NCBI GenBank assembly: GCA_037443725.1 | Contig: JBBINU010000011.1 | Location: 4,833 to 68,832 of the forward strand | Length of the DNA: 64,000 nt | Origin: Actinomycetota bacterium | Lineage (GTDB): Bacteria > Actinomycetota > JBBINU01 | Direction of reading: 5' to 3' | Shown: one piece after another, positions 18,076 through 26,078 of the stretch | How positions within the stretch are numbered: the first letter of the stretch is position 1 | Layout: every line of letters begins with the position of its first letter | Notes under the pieces: model-generated | The model's database searches: none | Seen by the model: the letters and a program-made list of their open reading frames with translations, nothing else | Told to the model about the DNA's origin: nothing | Translations under genes and position numbers: made by a program

Positions 18076-19548
18076 GTGGGACTGTTCCTCTACAGCACGC
18101 TCTCAAGGAGGGTCGAACCCTTCGTGCCGAGGGATGAGGGGAAGGCCCTCATCTACGTGTGCGGCCCCACTGTGTACGATGAGCCGCACTTGGGGCATGC
18201 GCGGGCCGCTGTCGTTTTCGACCTCCTCCGGCAGCTTCTCGCCTACAGTGGATACCGGGTCCTTTATGTGCAGAACTACACCGATGTGGATGACAAGATC
18301 ATCGCCCGCGCCGCCGAAGAGGACCGCTCCCCGTGGGAAGTGGCCGAGGCTTACGCCCGCCTCTACGACGACGCTATGAAAGCTCTGGGGGTGAGGCCCC
18401 CAGACATCGGCCCCCGGGCCACAGCCCACATAGCCGAGATGGTGGCGCTCATAAAAACCCTTATCGAGAAGGGCCATGCGTACCCCGCGGAGGGGAACGT
18501 GTACTTCTCGGTGGCTTCCTTCCCCGCTTACGGGAGGCTCTCGGGGAGGAACGTGGATGAGCTCCTGGTGGGCGGCAGGGTGGAGCCGGGTCCCGGAAAG
18601 CGCCACCCCCTGGACTTCGCCCTCTGGAAGGCGGCTAGAGCGGGGGAGCCCTCCTGGGAAAGCCCCTGGGGGCCGGGAAGACCGGGGTGGCATATAGAGT
18701 GCTCGGCCATGAGTCTTAAGTACCTCGGGCCCGGTTTCGACATCCACGGTGGTGGGGAGGACCTTATCTTCCCTCACCACGAAAACGAGATAGCCCAGTC
18801 CGAGGCGGCCACAGGGCGTGCTCCATTCGCGAGATACTGGGTGCACAATGGCCTCGTTAACCTGGGGCCGGGTAAGATGGCGAAAACCGGGCGGAATTAC
18901 GTGCTGGTCCGAGAAGCCCTGGACCGCTATCCTCCTCAGGCGCTCCGCCTCTTCCTTCTCTCCGCCCACTACCGGGCTCCCCTCGATTTCCACCCCGAGG
19001 CCCTGGAGGAGACGGTGGCCGCGTACCGGCGGGTAGCGAGCTTCTGGAGGAGGGCCGAGGAGGAGCTGGGGGTTACGGAACGCGCAGGGGGGGCCGCGGA
19101 GGGGAGGGGGCTCGGTACAGGGCGGCCCAGGGGGGCGCTGGACTCCTTCTACCAGGCCCTCGAGGATGATCTGGACACCCCCGCGGCTCGCGCCTTCATT
19201 TTCGAAGCCGTTCTCGAGGGGAACCGGGCGCTCGATGCCGGGAGGCTCGGGGTGGCGGAGGAGGCCTTCACCGCGGTGAGGGAGGCGGCCAGCTTCCTCG
19301 GTCTCGCTCCTGCCAGGAGCAGGGCGGAGCCACTTCTTAGGTCCTTGGTCGAGCTCGTGCTGGAACTCAGAGAAGAGGCTCGGCGGAACAGGGAGTTTGA
19401 TCGGGCCGATGCCCTCAGGGCAAGGCTAAAGGCAGTGGGCGTCATGGTGGAGGACACCCCCTCTGGGCCGCGGTGGAGGCTGGAGGAAGCGGTGGGTGGA
19501 GGTGACCCGCGGGGTGGAGGTGATCTACGGCAGGAGGCTGGTCCTTGA
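18076..19548 (+). CDS. cysS: Cysteine--tRNA ligase
   Basis: YVCGPTVYD, HLGH, NYTDVDDKII, GWHIECSAMS, DIHGGGEDLIFPHHENE, KMAKT (KMSKS variant). Confidence 0.98.
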   Translation: MGLFLYSTLSRRVEPFVPRDEGKALIYVCGPTVYDEPHLGHARAAVVFDLLRQLLAYSGYRVLYVQNYTDVDDKIIARAAEEDRSPWEVAEAYARLYDDAMKALGVRPPDIGPRATAHIAEMVALIKTLIEKGHAYPAEGNVYFSVASFPAYGRLSGRNVDELLVGGRVEPGPGKRHPLDFALWKAARAGEPSWESPWGPGRPGWHIECSAMSLKYLGPGFDIHGGGEDLIFPHHENEIAQSEAATGRAPFARYWVHNGLVNLGPGKMAKTGRNYVLVREALDRYPPQALRLFLLSAHYRAPLDFHPEALEETVAAYRRVASFWRRAEEELGVTERAGGAAEGRGLGTGRPRGALDSFYQALEDDLDTPAARAFIFEAVLEGNRALDAGRLGVAEEAFTAVREAASFLGLAPARSRAEPLLRSLVELVLELREEARRNREFDRADALRARLKAVGVMVEDTPSGPRWRLEEAVGGGDPRGGGDLRQEAGP

Positions 19549-20260
19549 GGCTCTGAGGAGCCCGCGTCCGCCGAGGCAGGTATGGGTGGCGAGGGGTGCC
19601 TCCGGTCCCGGAATCCGCGAGATCCTGTCCCTCGCGGCCGAACTGGGGATCGCCGCCCACCAGGTATCCAGGGCCAGGGTGGAATCCCTCGCCCGCGACG
19701 GAGTCCACCAGGGTGTGGTCGCGGAGGTCGAACCCTTTTCTTACGTGCCGCTGGAGCAGCTCATCGGTGTTCCCGGGCCGAGGGTCCTGGTGGCCCTGGA
19801 CCGGGTGTATGACCCCCAGAACCTTGGCGCCGTTGCGAGGAACGCGGAGACCTTTGGGGCCTCGGGGCTCGTGATACCGGCTCGGCACGCCGGATCGGTG
19901 ACTGCCGTTGCGAGGAAGGCGGCTGCTGGTGCCCTAGAGTTCCTGCCCGTGGCGCGGGTGACGAACCTGGCGCGGGCCCTGGATCGGGCGAGGGAGGAAG
20001 GGTTCTGGGTGGTCGCCCTCGACCCCGGTGGCGAGGTCGAGCTCTCCGATGCTGAGGCTCCCGGGGAGCGGCTTCTGTTGGTTCTTGGGTCTGAGGGGAA
20101 GGGGATACGCCCGGGGGTCCTCTCCAGGGCCGATCTCGTGGTCTGTATCGGGATGCGCGGGCGGCTGGGGAGCCTGAACGTGGCATCGGCCGCGGCCATC
20201 GCCCTTTACCGCTTTTGCCGGGGGCTGCCTCACCCCGGGCCAGGAGCAGGGAGCTGCTAG
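19496..20260 (+). CDS. rlmB: 23S rRNA (Gm2251) methyltransferase RlmB, TrmH family
   Basis: HQGVVA, DPQNLGAVAR, VLGSEGKG, SLNVASAAA; follows cysS. Confidence 0.93.
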   Translation: MEVTRGVEVIYGRRLVLEALRSPRPPRQVWVARGASGPGIREILSLAAELGIAAHQVSRARVESLARDGVHQGVVAEVEPFSYVPLEQLIGVPGPRVLVALDRVYDPQNLGAVARNAETFGASGLVIPARHAGSVTAVARKAAAGALEFLPVARVTNLARALDRAREEGFWVVALDPGGEVELSDAEAPGERLLLVLGSEGKGIRPGVLSRADLVVCIGMRGRLGSLNVASAAAIALYRFCRGLPHPGPGAGSC

Positions 20261-20263
20261 GCC

Positions 20264-20290
20264 GGGGCTCCGGGGGGAGCCCCCCTTTTT
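20264..20290 (+). terminator. Probable intrinsic terminator
   Basis: GGGGCTCC-GGGG-GGAGCCCC stem then CCTTTTT, directly after the rlmB stop. Confidence 0.65.
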
Positions 20291-20324
20291 CGTGGCGTTG
20301 CGCAGTGGTGCGGGGTTTGTTTCG

Positions 20325-20356
20325 GCAAACCCGACCGGAGGGCCGGTCGGGTTTGC
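20325..20356. promoter_or_regulatory. Perfect 14-bp inverted repeat upstream of sigH
   Basis: GCAAACCCGACCGG-AGGG-CCGGTCGGGTTTGC; function unknown. Confidence 0.5.
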
Positions 20357-20442
20357 ATTGTAAATAGCTCAACCCTCCCATTCCTGCCTTCGGGGTGTAG
20401 CCCATCTGGGCTACCATTCGTTATGCTTCTGGGCTACCCGGG

Positions 20443-21147
20443 GTGAAGGTGAGGGCAGGACCGGAGCTTCTCAGAGGCGATCAGCGGGGCGAGGGGATCG
20501 GAGGGCGCGGCCAGGGGGTGACCTCCCGAGGCCTGGGCGCGGTTTCCGACGAGGAACTCGCTTCTCTCGCTGCGGCTGGCTCCGAGGAGGCGGCCGAAGA
20601 GCTTCTCCGGCGGTACGAGCCTCTGGCGCGGGGACGGGCTCGCTCCTTCTTCCTCCCCGGCGCCGATTGGGAGGATCTCTACCAGGAGGGACTCATCGGG
20701 ATCTTTAAGGCTTTCCGGGATTTCCGGCCTGAAAAGGGGGTTTCCTTCAGGGCCTTCGCGGACCTGTGCGTGACGAGGCAGGTGCTCACGGCGGTCAGGG
20801 CTGCGGCGCGAAGGAAGCATGCACCCCTGAACTTCTCCGTCTCTCTGGACGGCGGGTATCCCCTGGAGGCCGAGGGGCGTCGACTTTCGGAGTCGACACC
20901 TTCCCTCTCCCCTGACCCCGCCGATGTGGTGATAGGGGTGGAGGAGGTGAGGGCCGTGAAGGCCCTGGTACAGAAGGCCCTCTCCGAGCTCGAGGCCGCG
21001 GTTCTGAGCATGTATGTGGAAGGGAGGAGCTACCAGCAGATCGCGGCCGAGCTCCGGATCCGGACCAAGTCCATCGATAACGCCCTGCAGCGGGCAAAGC
21101 GGAAGATAGAGTCCTTCCTTCAGGCGAGGCAGGCTGTCGGGGTCTAG
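20443..21147 (+). CDS. sigH: Sigma factor of the Bacillota SigH/Spo0H family
   Basis: EDLYQEGLIGIFKAFRDF, SFRAFADLCVTRQVLTAVRAAARRKHAPLN, GRSYQQIA, KSIDNALQRAKRK; follows rlmB as in Bacillus. Start may be GTG 20518. Confidence 0.92.
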   Translation: MKVRAGPELLRGDQRGEGIGGRGQGVTSRGLGAVSDEELASLAAAGSEEAAEELLRRYEPLARGRARSFFLPGADWEDLYQEGLIGIFKAFRDFRPEKGVSFRAFADLCVTRQVLTAVRAAARRKHAPLNFSVSLDGGYPLEAEGRRLSESTPSLSPDPADVVIGVEEVRAVKALVQKALSELEAAVLSMYVEGRSYQQIAAELRIRTKSIDNALQRAKRKIESFLQARQAVGV

Positions 21148-21211
21148 GCTCTCGGGGCCGGGTCGGGCCGGGCTGGTGTGGCGGCCCGGGGCGGGCGATA
21201 CAATGGGCCGG

Positions 21212-21283
21212 GCTGGTGTGGCGCAACGGTAGCGCACGCGACTTGTAATCGCGGGGGTGCGGGTTCGAATCCCGCCACCAGCT
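21212..21283 (+). tRNA. tRNA-Thr(TGT), CCA not encoded
   Basis: Full cloverleaf: acceptor GCTGGTG/CACCAGC, D stem GCGC/GCGC, anticodon arm CGCGA-CTTGTAA-TCGCG, T arm GCGGG-TTCGAAT-CCCGC; TACAAT at 21199-21204. Confidence 0.97.
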
Positions 21284-21473
21284 CGGCAGGCAGGATAGGC
21301 CTGGCTCGCGGCGGCAGGCCCCGGTCTTCGGCCCGTTAGCGCAGCTCAGGCTCGAAGCGCGTGTTCTAATCATCCGCCCTTCCGTGTGCCAGAATGCCCT
21401 CCGGTCACGGCTCGTCCACGCGCGACATGAAGCGGAGGGGCGAGCCCGGGGCCGAGAGAGAGGAGGTGCAGCC

Positions 21474-22793
21474 GTGAGGAACGGCGAGATGGGACTGGGG
21501 AGTGGCGCTGGTGGGGCTGGGAGCGGGTCCGGGAGCGGACAGCAGGGCGGAGCCCGCGGCCCCTGGGAGCAGGCTCTGGCCCAGCTTGACGAGGCGGCTC
21601 TGGCCATCGGCCTGGAGGACGACCTGAGGGAGATCCTGAGGCAGCCCAAGCGCTGCCTGGTGGTCTCGGTGCCGGTGAGGATGGACGATGGTAGCATCCG
21701 GGTCTTTGAGGGGTACCGGGTTCACCACAACCTCGCCAGGGGTCCGGCCAAGGGGGGAATCAGGTACCACCCCGCTGTCACCCTCGAGGAGGTGGCGGCC
21801 CTCGCCATGTGGATGACCTGGAAGTGCGCGGTGGTGGGTATCCCCTATGGCGGAGCCAAGGGAGGCGTGGTGGTGGACCCGAGGGAGCTGTCCCGGGGGG
21901 AGCTGGAGAGGCTCACCAGGCGATACGCCTCGGAGATACTCCCCTTTATCGGCCCTGAACAGGACATCCCCGCTCCCGATGTGGGCACGGACGAACAGGT
22001 GATGGCTTGGATCATGGACACCTACAGCATGAATGTGGGCCACTCGGTTCCCGCCGTGGTCACGGGGAAGCCCGTCTCCATTGGTGGGTCTCTGGGGAGG
22101 GCTGCCGCCACGGCGAGGGGGGCCGTCTACACCCTTCTGGCCCACTTAAGAGCCGAGGGGGAGAGCCCGGTGGGGAAGACCGCAGTCATCCAGGGATTCG
22201 GGAACGTGGGTGGATGGGGGGCGAGGCTGCTGGCTAGAGAAGGGTTCAGGGTGGTGGCGGTGAGCGACTCCAAGGGGGGGGTGTACAACCCCTCGGGCCT
22301 CGACCCCGAGGCGGTCCTCGCCCACAAGAGGGAGGCGGGAACGGTAGCGTCCTTCCCCGGAGGGGATGCGGTGAGCGGGGAGGAGCTCCTCGAGCTCGAA
22401 GCCGATGTCCTCATGCCAGCTGCCCTTGAGGGCCAGATCCACGAGGGCAACGCGTCAAAGGTGAGGGCCAGGGTGGTGCTGGAAGGTGCGAACGGGCCCA
22501 CCACCCCCGAGGCCGACGCGATCCTGGAGGAGCGAGGTGTGACGGTCCTCCCTGACATCCTGGCCAATGCGGGCGGCGTGGTGGTCTCTTACTTCGAGTG
22601 GGTCCAGGACCTGCAGGCCTATTTCTGGACGGAGGAGGAGGTTAACCAGAAGCTGCGGAGGGTCATGGAGGGGGCCTACCTCGACGTCAGGGGTCGAGCG
22701 GAGGAGAAGGGGTGGAGGTTCCGGTTGGCCGCCATGGCCCTGGCGGTCGGCCGGGTAGCGGAGGCGATGAGGATAAGAGGGCTTTACCCGTGA
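21474..22793 (+). CDS. gdhA: Glu/Leu/Phe/Val dehydrogenase, probably glutamate dehydrogenase
   Basis: GPAKGGIRY, PYGGAKGG, DIPAPDVGT, QGFGNVG, EGANGP, PDILANAGGV; AGGAGG before GTG 21474. Confidence 0.93.
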   Translation: MRNGEMGLGSGAGGAGSGSGSGQQGGARGPWEQALAQLDEAALAIGLEDDLREILRQPKRCLVVSVPVRMDDGSIRVFEGYRVHHNLARGPAKGGIRYHPAVTLEEVAALAMWMTWKCAVVGIPYGGAKGGVVVDPRELSRGELERLTRRYASEILPFIGPEQDIPAPDVGTDEQVMAWIMDTYSMNVGHSVPAVVTGKPVSIGGSLGRAAATARGAVYTLLAHLRAEGESPVGKTAVIQGFGNVGGWGARLLAREGFRVVAVSDSKGGVYNPSGLDPEAVLAHKREAGTVASFPGGDAVSGEELLELEADVLMPAALEGQIHEGNASKVRARVVLEGANGPTTPEADAILEERGVTVLPDILANAGGVVVSYFEWVQDLQAYFWTEEEVNQKLRRVMEGAYLDVRGRAEEKGWRFRLAAMALAVGRVAEAMRIRGLYP

Positions 22794-22839
22794 AGGCGGC
22801 GGGGTTCCGGCGGCGGGTCTGAGGTCTGATTGGGGTTCC

Positions 22840-22868
22840 TTGACTCGCCGGGGATGTCCGGCTAGCCT
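22840..22868 (+). promoter_or_regulatory. Sigma-A-type promoter
   Basis: TTGACT-17 bp-TAGCCT upstream of DUF3263. Confidence 0.6.
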
Positions 22869-22892
22869 ACGGCGGGCTGTGAGGAGGCTGTT

Positions 22893-23144
22893 GTGGGTGC
22901 CCTGAGCGAGTTGGAACGCCGCGTTCTCGGCCTTGAGGCGGGTTTGGCGGGAACCAGGGGGAAGCTCAAGGTAATCCGGGAGGAGCTCGGGATCTCCGTT
23001 TCCACTTACTACCGGGTCCTGGCGCGAGCTCTCGAGAAAAGGGAGGCGCTGGAGCTCTTCCCGCTGGTCGTGAGGCGGCTCAGGAGGCAGAAGGAGAGGC
23101 GGAAGAAGGAGAGAACGGCCCGCCTTCTTGGCCTCCGAACGTAG
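22893..23144 (+). CDS. DUF3263 domain protein
   Basis: LSELERRVL, IREELGISVSTYYRVL, PLVVRRLRR; paired with a LytR_C gene as in mycobacteria. Confidence 0.8.
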   Translation: MGALSELERRVLGLEAGLAGTRGKLKVIREELGISVSTYYRVLARALEKREALELFPLVVRRLRRQKERRKKERTARLLGLRT

Positions 23145-23161
23145 GGTTTTCCGTCACCGGG

Positions 23162-23725
23162 GTGGGCAGACACTCAGCGGGGCCGCTCAGTTTCTACCTC
23201 TCCCTTCTTGGCGCGCTTGGACGGGGGCTTGCGGTTGTGGCTGTTCTGGCCGGGGCTGTCTACCTGGCGGGAACATGGAGACGGCCGACGGGGACACCGA
23301 GTCTTCTTCCCAGTCCGGCTGGGACGGGGGCGCCCTCGGGGCTGAGGCCGAGCCCCTCGGAGGGCCCTCGGCTGGGAGGGAGGGGAAGCCCTCAGCTCGG
23401 CCCCTCGCCGGGGCGGCCCTCTCTTCCGCCCGGGCCGACGTCCGGGGTCTCCCCCGCCGTCACCGTGCGGGTCCTCGATGCCTCTGGAAGGCCTGCTCTA
23501 GCCAGACAGGTGTTGGTGCGGCTCGTCGGCATGGGTTACGGGGACGGGGGGACGGGTCAGGCGGTGAGCGCCTCCAGCGCCGTCTTCTACACGCCGGGGC
23601 ACGAGGGGGAGGCCAGGAGAGTGGCGGAGATCCTGGGGATCTCGAGGGTGAGACCCGCCTCGGAGGCGAGCCTCGACGCCAGGGCCGAGGTAACGGTGGT
23701 GATCGGGCCCGATTACAAGGGCTAG
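23162..23725 (+). CDS. LytR C-terminal domain membrane protein
   Basis: N-terminal TM, Pro/Ser linker, VRVLDASGRPALA...SAVFYTPG..EARRVA..LG...VTVVIGPDY. Confidence 0.85.
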   Translation: MGRHSAGPLSFYLSLLGALGRGLAVVAVLAGAVYLAGTWRRPTGTPSLLPSPAGTGAPSGLRPSPSEGPRLGGRGSPQLGPSPGRPSLPPGPTSGVSPAVTVRVLDASGRPALARQVLVRLVGMGYGDGGTGQAVSASSAVFYTPGHEGEARRVAEILGISRVRPASEASLDARAEVTVVIGPDYKG

Positions 23726-23793
23726 CGGGTTGGTCTGGCACGGCTGCGCAAAAACGGCAGCCGGTGGGGGTGATCCCGGAGGTCGGCTGGAAC

Positions 23794-23898
23794 CTAGAAG
23801 TTGGTGGGAAGTAGCCTCTCCAGGGCCGGGAAGACCACGGCCAGAAGAAGGGCGAGGCCGACGAGAATGCCGGCCACGATTATGGCCTTCCGAACCAC
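23794..23898 (-). CDS. Unannotated 34-aa small membrane protein
   Basis: AGGAGGTGA Shine-Dalgarno then GTG; MVRKAIIVAGILVGLALLLAVVFPALERLLPTNF-TAG; below the ORF-track length cut-off. Confidence 0.75.
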   Translation of the reverse strand: MVRKAIIVAGILVGLALLLAVVFPALERLLPTNF

Positions 23899-23950
23899 AC
23901 CTCACCTCCTGGAGGCCCTTGCACGATGCCTCTCCGGCGGCAGCCCGGCC

Positions 23951-24688
23951 TCAGGGTGTCTCCGATCGGGCCAGAACGGCCCGGACCACGAGTCTCTGGG
24001 CCGCGGAGAACCTGGGATTGCAGGTGGTGAGGGTGAGAGAGGGGACCGGAGTGGGCTCGATCACCCATAGCTCATCCGGTGCTACCACCCGAACCCACTC
24101 CACCCGGTAAACGAACTTCCCCTCCCTTGTGTAGGCGTAGACCTCATCGCCTGCGGCCAGTCGGTCCAGGCTCCAGAAGGGGGCGCCGTAAGTGGTCCTG
24201 TGCCCGCTCACCACGGCGTTGCCCTTGGAGCCGATGGGAGGCGTTCCGGGCATGTGGCCGGGGCCCCGCTTAAGGTCGGCCGGGGAGACCCCCTCAACCA
24301 CGACCAGGTCCAGGCCGATCTTGGGAATCACCAGGCGGGCAACGGCCGTTCCCGGGACGGGACGGATGGCTGCCGGGGCGGGTTTGAGGCCGGGGTCTGC
24401 CCGCTGCCACCCCTCGACCTGCTTCTTGAGGTCGCTCTGGGCCCTTCTGGTGTAAAGGCCGGTCCCGAAGAGCTCGTAGGTGAGGAAGAGGAGGATGAGG
24501 CAGCCCGCGGCTATGAGGAACCAGCCGCCCAGGCGGAGGAGCCTGGCCGTAGCGGAGCTGCCCGGGCGGAGGCTGGGGATGATGGTTGGGCTCCCGGAGG
24601 CGGGTGCGGCACCTCCCCCCCCGGCCTGCGGGAGGGTGGAGGGCAACGGGCCTTCGGGCCGGAGCGGGTTAGCCAAGGGGCCTCGCAA
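23951..24688 (-). CDS. Class E-type sortase
   Basis: N-terminal TM, LVIPKIGL..VVEG, GPGH, catalytic His (SGHRTTYGAPF), TLTTCNP (Cys), QRL (Arg). Confidence 0.93.
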   Translation of the reverse strand: MRGPLANPLRPEGPLPSTLPQAGGGGAAPASGSPTIIPSLRPGSSATARLLRLGGWFLIAAGCLILLFLTYELFGTGLYTRRAQSDLKKQVEGWQRADPGLKPAPAAIRPVPGTAVARLVIPKIGLDLVVVEGVSPADLKRGPGHMPGTPPIGSKGNAVVSGHRTTYGAPFWSLDRLAAGDEVYAYTREGKFVYRVEWVRVVAPDELWVIEPTPVPSLTLTTCNPRFSAAQRLVVRAVLARSETP

Positions 24689-25469
24689 ACCTCAGGGTCT
24701 TCGGAGCCGGGGCTGGGGGGACGCGGGCGGTCTCCACAGCCCTCACCGAGTAAACGATGCGGAAGAGGAGGGCCCGGCGGGCGACGGCGCGGGCGCCGGC
24801 GTCGGTCTCGAGGGCCTTCCGGAGCTCGGTGGGGTCCCCGAGGGCAGTCACCCGGAATGGCGGAACGAACAGGGAACCGTTGAGCAAAAGAGTGCTTCCC
24901 GCGCAGGTGAGCGAGGAGGAGGGACCGACGCGCTCCCCGTTTACGGCCACCGCCTCGGCGCCGCCCTGGAGGAGGGCGTTCACCACCGCCTGAAGATCTT
25001 CCTGGTGGATGAGGAGATCGTTCGGGTCCCCCGTCGGTGAGGTGTCGAGGGGCGAGTCGTCCAGGGTGACCTCGAGCCCGGGCCCCTCCATTTCCGCCAT
25101 ACCCAGCAGCCTCCTGGTGCCTTCGAGATCCGCTGTGAGGCGGGCGAGCTCCGTTCCCGTGCTGCTCAGACTGGTTCTCAGCTTTTCCACGCGGTCCTCG
25201 GCCTCCTTCAGCTCGGCCTTGAGGCTCTGTCCCCGGATGGCCTCGTCCTTCACGAGCTCAGCCAGGCTGAGGCGCCTCTCCTCCCGAGGCGGCGCCGGCG
25301 AGGTGGTGGCGAGGGCCGTGGCCACAAACCCGCCGAGAGCTGCGAGAAGGGCGGCGGCGACAAACCCTGCGGCCCTTCGAGGGTCCCGGGGCAACCCGGC
25401 CTGTGGGCCCGTGTCCGGGCTCAGGACCCCGGGGGTCTCTCCGCTCGCGCCCCCAGCCGGTCCAACCAT
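24669..25469 (-). CDS. DUF881 domain protein
   Basis: TM, coiled coil, GPGLEVTLDD, LLIHQEDLQAVVNALLQGGAEAVAVNGERV, PPFRVTALGDP. Confidence 0.92.
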   Translation of the reverse strand: MVGPAGGASGETPGVLSPDTGPQAGLPRDPRRAAGFVAAALLAALGGFVATALATTSPAPPREERRLSLAELVKDEAIRGQSLKAELKEAEDRVEKLRTSLSSTGTELARLTADLEGTRRLLGMAEMEGPGLEVTLDDSPLDTSPTGDPNDLLIHQEDLQAVVNALLQGGAEAVAVNGERVGPSSSLTCAGSTLLLNGSLFVPPFRVTALGDPTELRKALETDAGARAVARRALLFRIVYSVRAVETARVPPAPAPKTLRFARPLG

Positions 25470-26017
25470 CCCCTGAGTTCGTTCTCCCTGATCCGTCCGT
25501 TCACCCTGCCCGCCAGCTCGCCCTCGCGGGAGAAGAAGAGGGTTGTGGGGACACCCAGGATCGAGAAGGCTCTGGCCACGGAGCCGTCATCGAGGGCCAG
25601 GTCATAGGTGACGCCGGACTCGGTGGCAGCGCGGGCGGCCTCGGCGGGGGTGTCATCTACCGCGATACCGAGGAAGGCCACGCCCCGGGGCAGATACTCG
25701 CGGTAGGTCCTGGCCAGAGTTGGGGTCTCCTCCCTGCAGGGAGTGCACCAGGAGGCCCAGAAGTTGAGGACTATGACGTGCCCCCCGTGGGCACGGAGGT
25801 AGGCATCAACTAGGGTCTTTCCCACCGTGGGGATGGGCTTCCCTGAGGGTCTGGGGAAGGCAAGGTCGGGGAGGCTCTCCTGTTTCCCTGCTGCTCCCGA
25901 TCTGGCACACCCACCGGTGAGAAGAGCGGAAAGGAGGATAGCTGCTGGCAGGGCTAGCCCGGCCCGGAGAGATGGCCGGGACACTCGAGGACGACGCTCC
26001 GAGGCGGACACGCCCAA
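25421..26017 (-). CDS. TlpA/ResA-like thiol-disulfide oxidoreductase lipoprotein
   Basis: Lipobox LLTGGC, VLNFWASWCTPCREE, GVPTT cis-Pro; start uncertain. Confidence 0.9.
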   Translation of the reverse strand: MGVSASERRPRVSRPSLRAGLALPAAILLSALLTGGCARSGAAGKQESLPDLAFPRPSGKPIPTVGKTLVDAYLRAHGGHVIVLNFWASWCTPCREETPTLARTYREYLPRGVAFLGIAVDDTPAEAARAATESGVTYDLALDDGSVARAFSILGVPTTLFFSREGELAGRVNGRIRENELRGWLDRLGARAERPPGS

Positions 26018-26078
26018 AGTCTACCCCCGTCACGGGAAGGTCCCGCCGAGGACCTCCCCCAACTGCTCGAACCCGTCC

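Noticed and set aside
20324-20365. c-di-GMP-I riboswitch (GGCAAACC)
   Set aside because: No GNRA loop, receptor or GGGACGCAAA partner; it is a plain perfect hairpin.
21352-21368. LexA box TCGAAGCGCGTGTTCTA
   Set aside because: Spacer one base too long and mismatches in both arms versus TCGAAC-N4-GTTCGA.
23794-23810. LPTNF in the microprotein as a sortase signal
   Set aside because: It follows rather than precedes the hydrophobic helix and lacks the TG pair.
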